DNA of 64,000 bases, from positions 15,570 through 79,569 of IMG/VR virus record IMGVR_UViG_3300009085_000003; one strand, given 5' to 3'. Both the position numbers and the translations under genes were made by a program. The notes beneath the pieces were generated by a model, which saw nothing but the letters and a program-made list of their open reading frames with translations, did not search any database and was not told the DNA's origin. This stretch comes from a virus. Positions 38,473-48,270 of this stretch are shown here, one piece after another (the first letter of the stretch is position 1; the number at the start of each line of letters is the position of its first letter).

Positions 38473-40157
38473 TAGCGCCCCCTGCGTGCGAATTTGGTTA
38501 CTGAGCTGTACAGCTTCCGTGCGGCTCCCATAGATTTAGCCAGAATGCTCTCAGCCCGTTTTTGTTCCTTGGGGGTCACAACCGGGATAGGCTTGTCACG
38601 CTTGGCTCCTAGACTGTTCACCTTGGGCTTGGGGGCTGGCTTGGTACGCACCGCCTTGGTTGCTTTAGGCTTAGCAGTTGCCACCAGCTTACCCAGCATC
38701 TGTTGCCGGAGCATCTTATTGAAATCAGCCGGGTTGGGCTTAACAGCTGGCGCAGCAGTGTTGGTCGCTACGGTAGGCGTTCCCGGCGTGACCTCTGGAC
38801 TGGCATTATCATCCGGGCTCATGCTGACCTCACCGGGTGCTCCAACCGGAGCGCCTGTCTGGACGCCGGGAGCCTTTGAATCAGCGAAATCCTTGGGCAA
38901 CTCGTCTTTTTCAATCATCATCGTGCGTTCCTCGTCGGGTGTGGTCAGACCAGCTGACAGACGCACCTGCGCTGACTGCGCACGCTTGGTGGAGATATCC
39001 TCAGATTGCTGGATGTCACGATAGTCTTTTTCAACAAATGCAAACTCGGTATCCATGGGCATGACGTACTCATTCATGGCGTGTGTGAAAGCCTCGCGCC
39101 ATGCGACCAAACCCTTGCCACGCGCCTTGTCCGCCAGAACCTGTGACTGGGCGCCGGTACCGATAGTGCCGGAGCTGAGCGGCTGGAGCTCTTGGGGGTC
39201 AAGACCGAGCACGTCTGCATAGGTCAGGAGGGCAATGTCAAACTCCTCTTTGCGCTGGAATCGGTCAGGCAGTTCGGCAAGTGGGATTTTTACCAGATTT
39301 GGCTGCATCTCATCCGGGACACCAAGCACCACAGCGCCCATGTAGGACATGACGCCCTTGGCAGTCTCACCGGATTTGGTAGCCAGAACAGCCTCGCGCA
39401 ACTGGGTGTCCAACACGCCGTTCACGATGTAGATAGCAAGCGGGTGCATACCGGAAATCTTCTCCCGGAGGTACCACTCAATCGCTGACAATTTGTAGAT
39501 AGCTGGGAAAGCACGGCTGGCGGCACACAGTCCGACGCCGTTATAAATCTCGGACGGGTCTGGCATCTCCGAGAACATCATCACTTGGTGGTCACGCATC
39601 TCATGGTACGCGCCCCGCCTGTCCTGAAAGACAACCGGGACGTCCGGGTCGCCGGTACGAATGCAGCGCAACGAGTCCAAGTGCCGGAGACCGATAATCT
39701 TGCTGCCCTCAGCTGGCGAAGCTCGGACGATTTCGATGAAACTTCCGTTATCCGTGGTCAAATAATCGCGCAACTGTTTTGACAGGAACCCGACCCACCC
39801 GACCCGGCGTCCATCCGCACCACGCAGCAGCTCTTGGGTATCCTGTACACGCTGCGGCACTGAGCCCTTGATTTCCCATGACAGCGACACGATGCGCGTG
39901 ATGGCAATACCGATGGCGGCTGACCACATGGCTTCTTTGAATAGAGAGCTGCGCAAGATAGCATCGCGCCCCCGCGTCCAATACGCCGGGGGCTGTGGGG
40001 TCATGGCGCTCGAGTCCTCGCTACGATGCCACGGAACTACAATTTGTAGGACGCCACCATTCAGAACCTGCGCGACGTCATCTTTGGTGACAGACTTTTG
40101 TAAGAGCTTCTTGATGTCAGTTGCTCCGCTATCCGCCTTTTTGTTTTTTTGAACCAT
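38472..40157 (-). CDS. Portal protein
   Basis: 561 aa; RDYLTTDNGSFIEIVR..GLRHLDSLR, DVLGLDPQEL, LTTPDEER motifs typical of HK97-like portals. Confidence 0.85.
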   Translation of the reverse strand: MVQKNKKADSGATDIKKLLQKSVTKDDVAQVLNGGVLQIVVPWHRSEDSSAMTPQPPAYWTRGRDAILRSSLFKEAMWSAAIGIAITRIVSLSWEIKGSVPQRVQDTQELLRGADGRRVGWVGFLSKQLRDYLTTDNGSFIEIVRASPAEGSKIIGLRHLDSLRCIRTGDPDVPVVFQDRRGAYHEMRDHQVMMFSEMPDPSEIYNGVGLCAASRAFPAIYKLSAIEWYLREKISGMHPLAIYIVNGVLDTQLREAVLATKSGETAKGVMSYMGAVVLGVPDEMQPNLVKIPLAELPDRFQRKEEFDIALLTYADVLGLDPQELQPLSSGTIGTGAQSQVLADKARGKGLVAWREAFTHAMNEYVMPMDTEFAFVEKDYRDIQQSEDISTKRAQSAQVRLSAGLTTPDEERTMMIEKDELPKDFADSKAPGVQTGAPVGAPGEVSMSPDDNASPEVTPGTPTVATNTAAPAVKPNPADFNKMLRQQMLGKLVATAKPKATKAVRTKPAPKPKVNSLGAKRDKPIPVVTPKEQKRAESILAKSMGAARKLYSSVTKFARRGR

Positions 40158-40178
40158 GGATACCTCAGGTGAGTTAAG

Positions 40179-40496
40179 TTATTCCAGTTCGTCCGATTCT
40201 CCCTCGTCAAGTATTTCGCGTTCCTCGGAATCACTGGAGACCACCTCTGCTCCCACGACATCACCATCGTATGGGCGCTTGGTCAGTGCCACTACTTCGC
40301 CGCCAAGTTCCTTGGCAACGTATTTGGCTATTTCGTTATCGATATCCACCATCCCACCAATATGGTCGGTCGCATCCGCAACTGACCACATTCCACCTAT
40401 CATCGTTGCCTGAAACAACAGGTCAGGGTCATCGGACGACCACTGCTTGTTCGTCACAGTGGCGGTGTGTTCACCTAACTTTATCATTGCTGGCAT
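40179..40496 (-). CDS. Hypothetical protein
   Basis: AGGAG RBS, 105 aa. Confidence 0.65.
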   Translation of the reverse strand: MPAMIKLGEHTATVTNKQWSSDDPDLLFQATMIGGMWSVADATDHIGGMVDIDNEIAKYVAKELGGEVVALTKRPYDGDVVGAEVVSSDSEEREILDEGESDELE

Positions 40497-40553
40497 AGCT
40501 ACTCTCCTGTGGCTTATTAAGCCATTATACGTTTATTATAGTGCACAATATGG

Positions 40554-40868
40554 TTATTTGTGCCGCTTGGCTTCGCGCACCATGGCACGCTCAATTGATT
40601 TGGCGGTTTTCAGCATGGCGTCCGCTGAGCGTGCAATGTTGTGAGACTGGATGTTGAGCATCTTTATCACTGCATCCATGGTGTTCACGAGGATGGCAAT
40701 CTGCTCATCCGTGGTCAGGGGTCGATTGGGCAACCCGGCTTTTTCCGCAGCGGTCTGCTCTGCCTCAGCCACGACCGCAGGTACCTCGGGCGGGGTCTCT
40801 CCATTCATCCTGTCCATCTGGGCGTCTTGTTCTTTGGGGTCAATCTGTTGTTCATCCATTTTGTACAC
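40554..40868 (-). CDS. Hypothetical protein
   Basis: AAGGAG RBS, 104 aa. Confidence 0.65.
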   Translation of the reverse strand: MYKMDEQQIDPKEQDAQMDRMNGETPPEVPAVVAEAEQTAAEKAGLPNRPLTTDEQIAILVNTMDAVIKMLNIQSHNIARSADAMLKTAKSIERAMVREAKRHK

Positions 40869-40889
40869 ACTCCTTGAGATTTGTAATTA

Positions 40890-41240
40890 TTATAACAAAA
40901 GTAACTGGACTGGACTAGCCTTTTTAGGTGGGAATGTGACCTCCCAGTATCCCAGTGACTCGTCCAGCAGCATCGCTATCTGTTTACCGTACCCACGCTC
41001 GACCTTGAATCCCAAGTCATACAGACGGTCAATGGGAGCCCGGTAGGTTATCTTGGTGTCGAGGTTGGTGACCTCCACGATACGCGCCCCAGCTGCTTTG
41101 GCAGCTCTCAGGGTGCTGTCATCAAACGCCAGCGCTCGGGGTCGTTGGAGAACATGCTTCTCGTGGATGGTCTTTCGGAACGTGTCATTGAGAACCGACC
41201 CAACGACTTTGGAACCCACATAAATCGGTATAGCACTCAT
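40890..41240 (-). CDS. Hypothetical phage protein
   Basis: ATGA overlap with the methyltransferase gene. Confidence 0.65.
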   Translation of the reverse strand: MSAIPIYVGSKVVGSVLNDTFRKTIHEKHVLQRPRALAFDDSTLRAAKAAGARIVEVTNLDTKITYRAPIDRLYDLGFKVERGYGKQIAMLLDESLGYWEVTFPPKKASPVQLLLL

Positions 41241-41821
41241 GCCTCATCCTTTCCGCCAGCGCCATGCAGACGTCTGGCTGCGATATCAAAGTATTTTTTA
41301 TCAATCTCAATTCCAGTGAATGCCCGCCCCAGATTCTGGCACGCCTCGCCGGTACGCCCAGACCCCATGAATGGGTCGAGCACACTGTCTCCGGGATTGG
41401 TATAGATACGCACCAGCCGCTCCATGAGCGACAGTGGCTTTTCGTATGGGTGTTCGGTGGGACTGATATGCCGGTCGTCGTAGACCCCGGTCATCTGAGA
41501 CCAGTGCAATCGGTTGAACGTGTTACCGCGCCGATTGACCAGTATCATCTCAACGAACCGACCGCACGCCCGGATATAGTTTTTGGTCGACGGGGTTTTT
41601 ATCCAGAACAGATACTCATCCGCAGTCCAGTAGACGTTTTCCGGCTTGCAAAAAGCGATGATGTTGCCCTTGGCGATTCTGGCAAACTGTCCCAAGAGAC
41701 TCATCGCCCTAAGCGGCTCAATGTCGTAGGGTGGGTCAGTAATGATGGCATCATAGGATTGGTCTGGTATCGTCGGGAGCACCGACAGGCAATCATCGAG
41801 CAGAATAATACCTTTCGTCAT
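41237..41821 (-). CDS. N6-adenine/N4-cytosine DNA methyltransferase (beta class)
   Basis: ITDPPY..HPYEKP..VLDPFMGSG..GIEI. Confidence 0.92.
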   Translation of the reverse strand: MTKGIILLDDCLSVLPTIPDQSYDAIITDPPYDIEPLRAMSLLGQFARIAKGNIIAFCKPENVYWTADEYLFWIKTPSTKNYIRACGRFVEMILVNRRGNTFNRLHWSQMTGVYDDRHISPTEHPYEKPLSLMERLVRIYTNPGDSVLDPFMGSGRTGEACQNLGRAFTGIEIDKKYFDIAARRLHGAGGKDEA

Positions 41822-41837
41822 ATCGATATCCTCTCTG

Positions 41838-42104
41838 TTATAGCTTTAGTAAATAATCTCGGACTCTCTCAAATATATCAGAGCCCTCTTGCAGCTCACA
41901 GTCGCTGTTGATGACCTTGGCTGCTGTAGTGTCCAGCTCTTGCAGGAGCGCCCGGACGTATTCCAGCTCGTCAACCAGAGCCTGTATCGCACACCCCTCA
42001 TGGATATAGCGGCAGTCCTTGTAATGGGTGGACTCCACGCCGCTCGATAAAAACGACGTGATGACACGGCTGAGATTTAAAGCCTCTTTGACAGGTCTGG
42101 TCAT
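41838..42104 (-). CDS. Hypothetical protein
   Basis: ORF in operon; start uncertain. Confidence 0.5.
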   Translation of the reverse strand: MTRPVKEALNLSRVITSFLSSGVESTHYKDCRYIHEGCAIQALVDELEYVRALLQELDTTAAKVINSDCELQEGSDIFERVRDYLLKL

Positions 42105-42210
42105 AGGAATACGCTCAGAAAAAAGACTCCGGCGACAAGCGCCAAAACAAACACCAACGCGAGACATCCGCAGCATCCGCTGCCGGGCTCGCAATAATCC
42201 TCATCATACC

Positions 42211-42534
42211 TCATTCCCATAGTGTCTCACCTTTCGCATAAGCCTCAGCATGTTCCGGGCACAGGGTCTTAATCCACCCACGTGGCTCAGTCGGCTTGCC
42301 CGGTTTACCACACACCTCACAGATTGTTAAACTACGATTTTCAATCTCATCCAGCAGGTCGTAGTAAGCCATGTCCGCCATGGAGGGGGTGATTCTGAGT
42401 CCGCCCCACTTCTCTTTGACTTCGACAATGACCACTCTCTTGGGCTTGTTACGATATGCCTCGAGTAGTAGTTCGTGCCAGCCCTTGCCAACCTGCCGCT
42501 GGGCATCATGGAGTGTGATGTGGTCTTTATGCAT
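42211..42534 (-). CDS. Conserved phage protein with zinc-binding tail
   Basis: VKEKWGGLR..CEVCGKPG..GWIKTLC..H motif. Confidence 0.7.
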   Translation of the reverse strand: MHKDHITLHDAQRQVGKGWHELLLEAYRNKPKRVVIVEVKEKWGGLRITPSMADMAYYDLLDEIENRSLTICEVCGKPGKPTEPRGWIKTLCPEHAEAYAKGETLWE

Positions 42535-42790
42535 GGGTGACCACCTGTTCGACCCCATCCCATGTTTCCATGGCATAGAACCGATTCGCCCAGCTGTCCT
42601 CGTCGATACCCTCGCCCCACACCCAACGCATACCCTTGGCAATCAGAGCGCGAGACGCCTCTTTTGCCGCCTCGTAACTCTTGAGACCAGACTGTTGACG
42701 CCGGGCACCACTGGCTGGGTCTTTGTAGTGCACGACCCACGTGTTACGATTTGTGGTCTGAACGGGAATCTTAACTGTAGCCTTGGACAT
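42527..42790 (-). CDS. Hypothetical protein (Arm-DNA-binding-like, weak)
   Basis: GAGGTG RBS; WVVHYKDP..RRQQSGLKSYEAA. Confidence 0.55.
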   Translation of the reverse strand: MSKATVKIPVQTTNRNTWVVHYKDPASGARRQQSGLKSYEAAKEASRALIAKGMRWVWGEGIDEDSWANRFYAMETWDGVEQVVTHA

Positions 42791-42820
42791 ATCTCACTCA
42801 CCTCTCTCACTTATAGTGTA

Positions 42821-43027
42821 CTAACATGATACTACATTTGCTGTTTTTGTCAAGTAATCCTCGTGACTGACGAACACGTCCGGGGTGTACACCTGACCAC
42901 AGAACACGCACTTGAATAGTCCTCTGGGCAAGTCAACGCTGTACACCAATCTCACCTCATTACACACCGGACAATCCGCATATCTGCATTCTGGGGGTTT
43001 GGGCTTTTCGCCATGGTTGTGTTTCAT
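42821..43027 (-). CDS. Small zinc-finger protein
   Basis: CPVC..CVFC; GAGGT RBS. Confidence 0.55.
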   Translation of the reverse strand: MKHNHGEKPKPPECRYADCPVCNEVRLVYSVDLPRGLFKCVFCGQVYTPDVFVSHEDYLTKTANVVSC

Positions 43028-43202
43028 GGTTACCTCTACTCAGATTATACATCGAAATGCAGAGCTCGGGTCACTGTACACATGAACCCGAGCCCTTTGA
43101 ACAAGCGGCATATAGGTAATTTGGGGGCATGTGCACTGAGGCTAATCATGCCATGCCGCTGATTTAAGTATAGGGGGTTTCCGTAAATTTGTGCCAGCCA
43201 GT

Positions 43203-44210
43203 TCACGGCTCCAGCCTTTTTGCGCACTTTATCAATGCCCGGAGACCACCCTTGGTCAACGAGCCATCCAGAATCATGTCGTCGATTTTGCGGTTCAGGT
43301 TTATAATGCGGGATTTTTCACCGATTACATCCACCAGCCGTCCCAGTGGCGTGTTGGCAGCTTTCGCGTGCGAGAGCACCCTCGCGTCCGGGTCGAGACA
43401 CACGTACACCGGGTCACAGTTCGCAATCGGGGCAAGCAAGTCGAGGTCGGGCGTCACACCGGGCACACCCACAACGTGCATATCGACGTCATCCAGCGCC
43501 AGATACGTGGTCATCGCCTTGAACTCTCCCTCGACCAACAGGCACGCCCCAGCCATGGGTCGGTCGTGGTCTGCCACAAATAGTCTGGGCGGCAGTCCCT
43601 TGACCTCGCTCCTGTAACGGTCATTCTTGCTGCGGGGATGGACAATGCGGTGCTTGATGTTCAGGACGGTGCCGGTCACAGGTTCGTGGAGAGGTATCGT
43701 CAGCGACGGGGATTCGTAGTACGCATCACCCACCCACACGCCACGATTCGGGCAATAGCCCAGCTCCCAGTAATTCAGCCAGTATGGGTCAACGATACCG
43801 CGCTGGGCATAGAGCGCTCGAGCGGCATCATCCAACTGGGCATGATAGGTTTTCCACACGTGGGACGCTGTGAACTCAGCCATGGCTTTCGCCGCCAGCT
43901 CCTGCTGTTCTTTTTCAAACGCTTGACGCTGGCGCTCTATCTCCGCCTGTTGTTCGGCAGTCAGAGTGACACCCGCCTCACGTCCCGGTAGCCAGACGTA
44001 TCCGCATCGACGGCACCAGCCAAACGCGCCACCGGTTGCCTTGGATTGCACGAACATTCGGAACCTGTCCGGGAATGAACCATCCTGATGGGGAGAGCCA
44101 CCACACCGGGGGCAACTGCCGGAATACTCGTTGGCGCTGACCCGGACAACATGGTTGACGAGTGGCGTGAGCTCAGCACAGGCTGCTGGCAAAACGGCGG
44201 TATGCCTCAT
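43203..44210 (-). CDS. DNA primase-like protein (zinc ribbon + TOPRIM)
   Basis: CPRC..CRRC; LLVEGEFKA..VCLDPD. Confidence 0.85.
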   Translation of the reverse strand: MRHTAVLPAACAELTPLVNHVVRVSANEYSGSCPRCGGSPHQDGSFPDRFRMFVQSKATGGAFGWCRRCGYVWLPGREAGVTLTAEQQAEIERQRQAFEKEQQELAAKAMAEFTASHVWKTYHAQLDDAARALYAQRGIVDPYWLNYWELGYCPNRGVWVGDAYYESPSLTIPLHEPVTGTVLNIKHRIVHPRSKNDRYRSEVKGLPPRLFVADHDRPMAGACLLVEGEFKAMTTYLALDDVDMHVVGVPGVTPDLDLLAPIANCDPVYVCLDPDARVLSHAKAANTPLGRLVDVIGEKSRIINLNRKIDDMILDGSLTKGGLRALIKCAKRLEP

Positions 44211-44497
44211 GCGTCCACCACGAGCAGCGGCTTGCGGGCACGATGCTTGGGAAATCCATCATGCTGCCTGCCCCACTTATCATCCATCTTCATCACCGGC
44301 TCATTCTCACCGTTGTCGTACTGGCAGACGCGACCGTCCTTGCCCAAGTGGGTGGGCACGATTGGCTCACCAATAAAATCGATGCCCAGTAGCGGCATGG
44401 AACGACCGCAGTGTGGGCATCGAATGGCACGACAATAGGTTCCCTCGTGCTTGGCTTTTTTATATTCAGCGATTTTGCGCCTTTGACTGTAATTCAC
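44207..44497 (-). CDS. Hypothetical zinc-binding protein
   Basis: CPHC..H..C; GAGGTG RBS. Confidence 0.55.
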   Translation of the reverse strand: MNYSQRRKIAEYKKAKHEGTYCRAIRCPHCGRSMPLLGIDFIGEPIVPTHLGKDGRVCQYDNGENEPVMKMDDKWGRQHDGFPKHRARKPLLVVDA

Positions 44498-44546
44498 TGT
44501 GCACCTCTCTCAAATTGTATCATTATCAAACAACACGTACTGATAC

Positions 44547-44575
44547 ATTGTAACACAGTGTCATTATGGTGTCAA
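44547..44575 (-). promoter_or_regulatory. Sigma70-type promoter
   Basis: TTGACA-17-TACAAT with TGn extension. Confidence 0.8.
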
Positions 44576-44964
44576 GGGGTATCTTCTGGTTGGTCGATAG
44601 CTCCCTCAAGCTCGGGCACACGAGCCCAGTTGCGCATCTCATCCTTTGTCCACACCTCCAACACCTCGAGGTCGGTACAGTTCATCGTATCACCCACGCA
44701 GCCATGGGCGGGCGGGTCTCCGTAGTGCCAGCTCTTGGGCGGACGTTTGTTCGGCTTGAACCGGTCGAACAGGCTCAAGTGCATCTCGACGTCGAACCGC
44801 TGGTCGCAGCTCTGGCACCCGATACGCATCAAGACCACAACACGAGAATAAATATCTGGCGCCAAATCCGGCTCAAACTTGCCATACCGGGGCGTACCGT
44901 TTTCGTCGTACCACGTAGGCTGCTCCTGAATCCGGGAGCGGATATCCTGAAACCTGCTATGCAT
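44572..44964 (-). CDS. Hypothetical phage protein
   Basis: WYDENGTPRY..CQSC..HYGDPP..C; RBS present. Confidence 0.65.
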   Translation of the reverse strand: MHSRFQDIRSRIQEQPTWYDENGTPRYGKFEPDLAPDIYSRVVVLMRIGCQSCDQRFDVEMHLSLFDRFKPNKRPPKSWHYGDPPAHGCVGDTMNCTDLEVLEVWTKDEMRNWARVPELEGAIDQPEDTP

Positions 44965-45148
44965 GTTCCGGCTCCTCTCCGGTGGGAGACTTCGCTTGCT
45001 GCTCCGCCCATTTTATCAATACCGACACTGGTGTCTTGCTGAGCGACTTACCCGTAATATCGCTAAAGTCCTCCACTAGCTCATACAACATGCCACGCAA
45101 TTCGTCGTGGCGTGCTTTGTGCTCTGCGGGTGTAAATGGTTTAGGCAT
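44957..45148 (-). CDS. Small hypothetical protein (paralog of the adjacent gene)
   Basis: HKARHDEL..ELVEDF..TGK..LIKW. Confidence 0.65.
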   Translation of the reverse strand: MPKPFTPAEHKARHDELRGMLYELVEDFSDITGKSLSKTPVSVLIKWAEQQAKSPTGEEPEHA

Positions 45149-45151
45149 GGT

Positions 45152-45334
45152 TTACTCCTCTGGATTCAATGTCTGTAAATACGACCAGTCCATCAGCTCT
45201 TTCAGGGTCGTCTGACTGGGCAACTTTCCGGTATGCAGTATAAAGTCCGCCACCAGCTCATCGAACATTTGGTGGAGTTCTCCATGGCGCTCTTTGTGCG
45301 CCTCGCGCTGCGTTTTATCAATCTGCTCACTCAC
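45152..45334 (-). CDS. Small hypothetical protein (paralog of the adjacent gene)
   Basis: HKERHGEL..ELVADF..TGK..LMDW; AGGAGG RBS, GTG start. Confidence 0.65.
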   Translation of the reverse strand: MSEQIDKTQREAHKERHGELHQMFDELVADFILHTGKLPSQTTLKELMDWSYLQTLNPEE

Positions 45335-45344
45335 ACAGAACCTC

Positions 45345-46115
45345 CTAGAAATGGTTAAAGTAGACGCCATTCATTCGCTGATACAGCTGGGTGGTCAGGT
45401 ATACGTCGTTGCTGACGTACTGGCGCCGGACATCATTGGTCATATCCGCAATCATCGAACCATCCAGCTCTGGCAGCGGGTTGTCCAGATTGTACAGCTT
45501 GGCAAGCGCCTTGAGTCCCTTGACGTTCTGGATGCTCCAGTTATAGAGAATCGAGAACAGGTCAGTAATCGGTTCAGTGCGAAACCGCGCCAGATTCGGG
45601 ATGTGACGCGGGCGGATACCCAGCGCCATGGAGCGGCGCATGATGTAGGGGATGTCGAAGTTAAGCACGTTGAATCCCACCACGCGCCCCTCGCACTCAG
45701 CGTACTTTTTCCAGAACAGCTCAATCAGGTCGCTTTCAGTAATCGTCGCGTGAACGAGCGTGCTTTCGTCAACGGTCTCGTCACCCACCAGCCACGCCTC
45801 TATGGGCAGGCTCGGGTGTGTGCGATAGGCAATGGCGATGATGCGCCCATAGTCCGGGTCGAGCGGGGCGTCCTTGAGACGCTGCTCCTGCTTTTCGGAC
45901 TTGTATTTTTCAATCGTGTCAGCATCCTTGTAGTTTCCGGGCGCCTTGACCTCTGGCATCAAATCGGCAATCAAAGGGTTCGCCTCGGTCTCGATATCAA
46001 AGAACAGGCGCTTGGATGCCGTGCGAATCGGCATTGCGACCGGTATCAAATCCGGCTGGGTCGCCACGTCCGCTGGGAACGTGGTCTCAATGGGATAGGG
46101 GGGTTTTTCACTCAT
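45345..46115 (-). CDS. DnaQ/PolB-type 3'-5' exonuclease
   Basis: FDIET, GFNVLNFD and YVSND form ExoI-III (DEDDy). Confidence 0.85.
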   Translation of the reverse strand: MSEKPPYPIETTFPADVATQPDLIPVAMPIRTASKRLFFDIETEANPLIADLMPEVKAPGNYKDADTIEKYKSEKQEQRLKDAPLDPDYGRIIAIAYRTHPSLPIEAWLVGDETVDESTLVHATITESDLIELFWKKYAECEGRVVGFNVLNFDIPYIMRRSMALGIRPRHIPNLARFRTEPITDLFSILYNWSIQNVKGLKALAKLYNLDNPLPELDGSMIADMTNDVRRQYVSNDVYLTTQLYQRMNGVYFNHF

Positions 46116-46153
46116 AGTCTCACTCCTTGTGCGTTATTGTATCACATTATCAA

Positions 46154-46828
46154 TCAATGTCCCCACTGGTCGCGGCGCAGCAACAGACCGATGGCGCCGT
46201 ACACAGCCAAGTCCATGAACGAATCCTCCAGCGACTCGTTGGCTGCCTCCGCAGGTGGGTTCACGGGCTCATCACTGATGGTCAGGATATACTTGCCGTC
46301 CTTGTGTTGCACCTCAATGTTGAACCCGAGCAGGTTCATGAGCCGGATGGTCTTGTCCCAGATACGCACCATGACACCCTTTTTGCCGGTGCCAATGATG
46401 TTGGCTGGGGAGTAGTCCGAATTCTTGCGGACATGGACGCGGTACATCGATGATGTCAGGTTGCGGAACGCTTCGCACTGTACCGGGCTGGTCACCTCTG
46501 CTTTGGGTATCTTGGGCAGCTTGGGATAAAAGTACACCGGGATATCGTGCGCCTTGGCATACTCGACCTCCACCTTGGCGCCCTTACTGGATTCCCAGTC
46601 TGGGAGCGCAATCACAGCATCGACGCGCGAAATCATGTCGAGGTCACCGGCGATATAGTCCTCCCACGTACAGGTGCAATCCTGCTCAAAGTGGGCAGTG
46701 TTGAGGTGAGGGCAGATAACGTGGTACCCATCCTGCCAGAGCCGGACAGCCACGCGCCGGGCATTGGCAAGGTTCTGTTCCATAGTAGTACCACCGGTAG
46801 AATATGGGGCTGAGATATAGACTAACAC
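46154..46828 (-). CDS. DUF4406 (nucleoside deoxyribosyltransferase-like) fused to DUF1599-like domain
   Basis: VYISAPY..WESSKGAKVE; KNSDY..VRIWDK..ESLEDSFMDLAVY. Confidence 0.75.
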   Translation of the reverse strand: MLVYISAPYSTGGTTMEQNLANARRVAVRLWQDGYHVICPHLNTAHFEQDCTCTWEDYIAGDLDMISRVDAVIALPDWESSKGAKVEVEYAKAHDIPVYFYPKLPKIPKAEVTSPVQCEAFRNLTSSMYRVHVRKNSDYSPANIIGTGKKGVMVRIWDKTIRLMNLLGFNIEVQHKDGKYILTISDEPVNPPAEAANESLEDSFMDLAVYGAIGLLLRRDQWGH

Positions 46829-47106
46829 ACGACACCTCCATGCGCCCCGAATTCGACTATCTCGTCACCGCACCAGCAGCAGCGCTCCAGACATCGGAAT
46901 TCTGGCGGGTGTCCTGCGGCAGCCCACTTGCCATGGGGCTTGGGCAACTTGGTGTTGTCCTGTTGTGACACCTCGTGCCAGCAGTGGCGACCGTCGGGAG
47001 CAACTTCGCAATTATATGTTGACATCACACCAACATCGTGCCCAACCACGCCATCGTATCTCTTGCGTTTCGTAGTGCGCTTAATATACTCTTTTACCTC
47101 ACTCAT
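46822..47106 (-). CDS. Hypothetical Cys/His-rich protein
   Basis: AAGGAG RBS; HCWH..CCWCG. Confidence 0.55.
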   Translation of the reverse strand: MSEVKEYIKRTTKRKRYDGVVGHDVGVMSTYNCEVAPDGRHCWHEVSQQDNTKLPKPHGKWAAAGHPPEFRCLERCCWCGDEIVEFGAHGGVVC

Positions 47107-47312
47107 CTCACATCTCCTTTTTGTTTTCTGGTTGGCTTGGGCGGTTTCCACCCCTCGGGTGCTGTTCCGATATCCACCCGATGGGTAGTATCGTCGACGT
47201 GCCAGTAGAACATTACAAATGGGCTGTCAAAATAATCGGCAGCACCCAGAGAGTCCACCACAAAGTCGACCTTTGGGATAACCGTACCGTTCACATGCAT
47301 ATAGTAATACAC
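47103..47312 (-). CDS. Hypothetical protein
   Basis: GAGGAG RBS; YYMHVNG..YFDSPFV motif. Confidence 0.6.
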   Translation of the reverse strand: MYYYMHVNGTVIPKVDFVVDSLGAADYFDSPFVMFYWHVDDTTHRVDIGTAPEGWKPPKPTRKQKGDVR

Positions 47313-47339
47313 TCACACACTCCTCTCTCATGATTATTA

Positions 47340-48251
47340 TCAATCGCCCGGATATAGCAGGGGCGTCAAGTTGCCCTGCTTGCAGGCGTCGTACCAGATG
47401 CGGACAAAAGCCTTGACGATATCCGCCGGTAACTCCAGCTCTGCAAACTCGCGCATATTGTAGCTCCAGACACCCGGCTGGCAAGCCATGGTGTTATCGT
47501 CCCGGACAAGCCACTTGCCTGCCGTGATGGAGCAACTGTATTGCACCGACTGGTCGAGACATGCTGGCAGGCTCTGGTTGCAGGCTTCGTTCTCAGCATA
47601 ACTCAGGTTGTAAACGTACTCACCGAACAGGCTCTGGTAGTCTGGCTCCACATCGCAGTCCAGCTTATCTGTGACCACGTACAGGAAAATCGTGCGCAGG
47701 GACGGGAACTGGGTATAGGACGTCGACCACCCACAGGTATCCGCACCACTGCCCTCAACCTGTTCTGCTGGGCACGCTTTTCTGGGGCACTCATATTTGA
47801 CCGGGGTCGGGGTCACAATCCATCCAGTCGGGGTGACCGTGGGGGTAAATTCCATGGTGGGGGTCGCAGTGAATTTAGGCGTGCTGGTCGGCGTAAACTC
47901 GGGAGTATTGGTAGCCGTAGGCTCTTTGGTGTTGGTGGCTGTGGGCTCCGGGGTATTGGTACTGGTGGGCTCGAGAGTCTTGGTGACCGTGGCGGTCTTG
48001 GTGACGGTTGGGGTGGCGGTATAGAGCCACTCGCATTTTCCGTTCTCAGACTCTGGGTTGAACGGGATACACGCCAGTCCGGGGCAACAGGGTTTGTCAC
48101 TCTCGTTTATGGTGCACTCAGCGTGCTCATGCTTGCAGTCGGTACACTCCGCAGGCTGCGGTTGCGATATCAGCAGGGCAGCGACAACCACCAGAACAAG
48201 CACAACGAGAACATAGGGGGCAAGACGTAACAGTTTATTCATGGGGCACAC
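47340..48251 (-). CDS. Membrane-anchored Cys-rich protein with Pro/Thr stalk
   Basis: N-terminal hydrophobic helix, knottin-like Cys spacing, EPTATNT repeats. Confidence 0.75.
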   Translation of the reverse strand: MCPMNKLLRLAPYVLVVLVLVVVAALLISQPQPAECTDCKHEHAECTINESDKPCCPGLACIPFNPESENGKCEWLYTATPTVTKTATVTKTLEPTSTNTPEPTATNTKEPTATNTPEFTPTSTPKFTATPTMEFTPTVTPTGWIVTPTPVKYECPRKACPAEQVEGSGADTCGWSTSYTQFPSLRTIFLYVVTDKLDCDVEPDYQSLFGEYVYNLSYAENEACNQSLPACLDQSVQYSCSITAGKWLVRDDNTMACQPGVWSYNMREFAELELPADIVKAFVRIWYDACKQGNLTPLLYPGD

Positions 48252-48270
48252 TCCTCGCCACTATTATACA

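Noticed and set aside
45294-46415. 373-aa + strand ORF (also 48616-49455, 47541-48230, 41264-41911 and 24977-25752)
   Set aside because: These are antisense shadows of well-supported - strand genes and carry no recognisable motifs.
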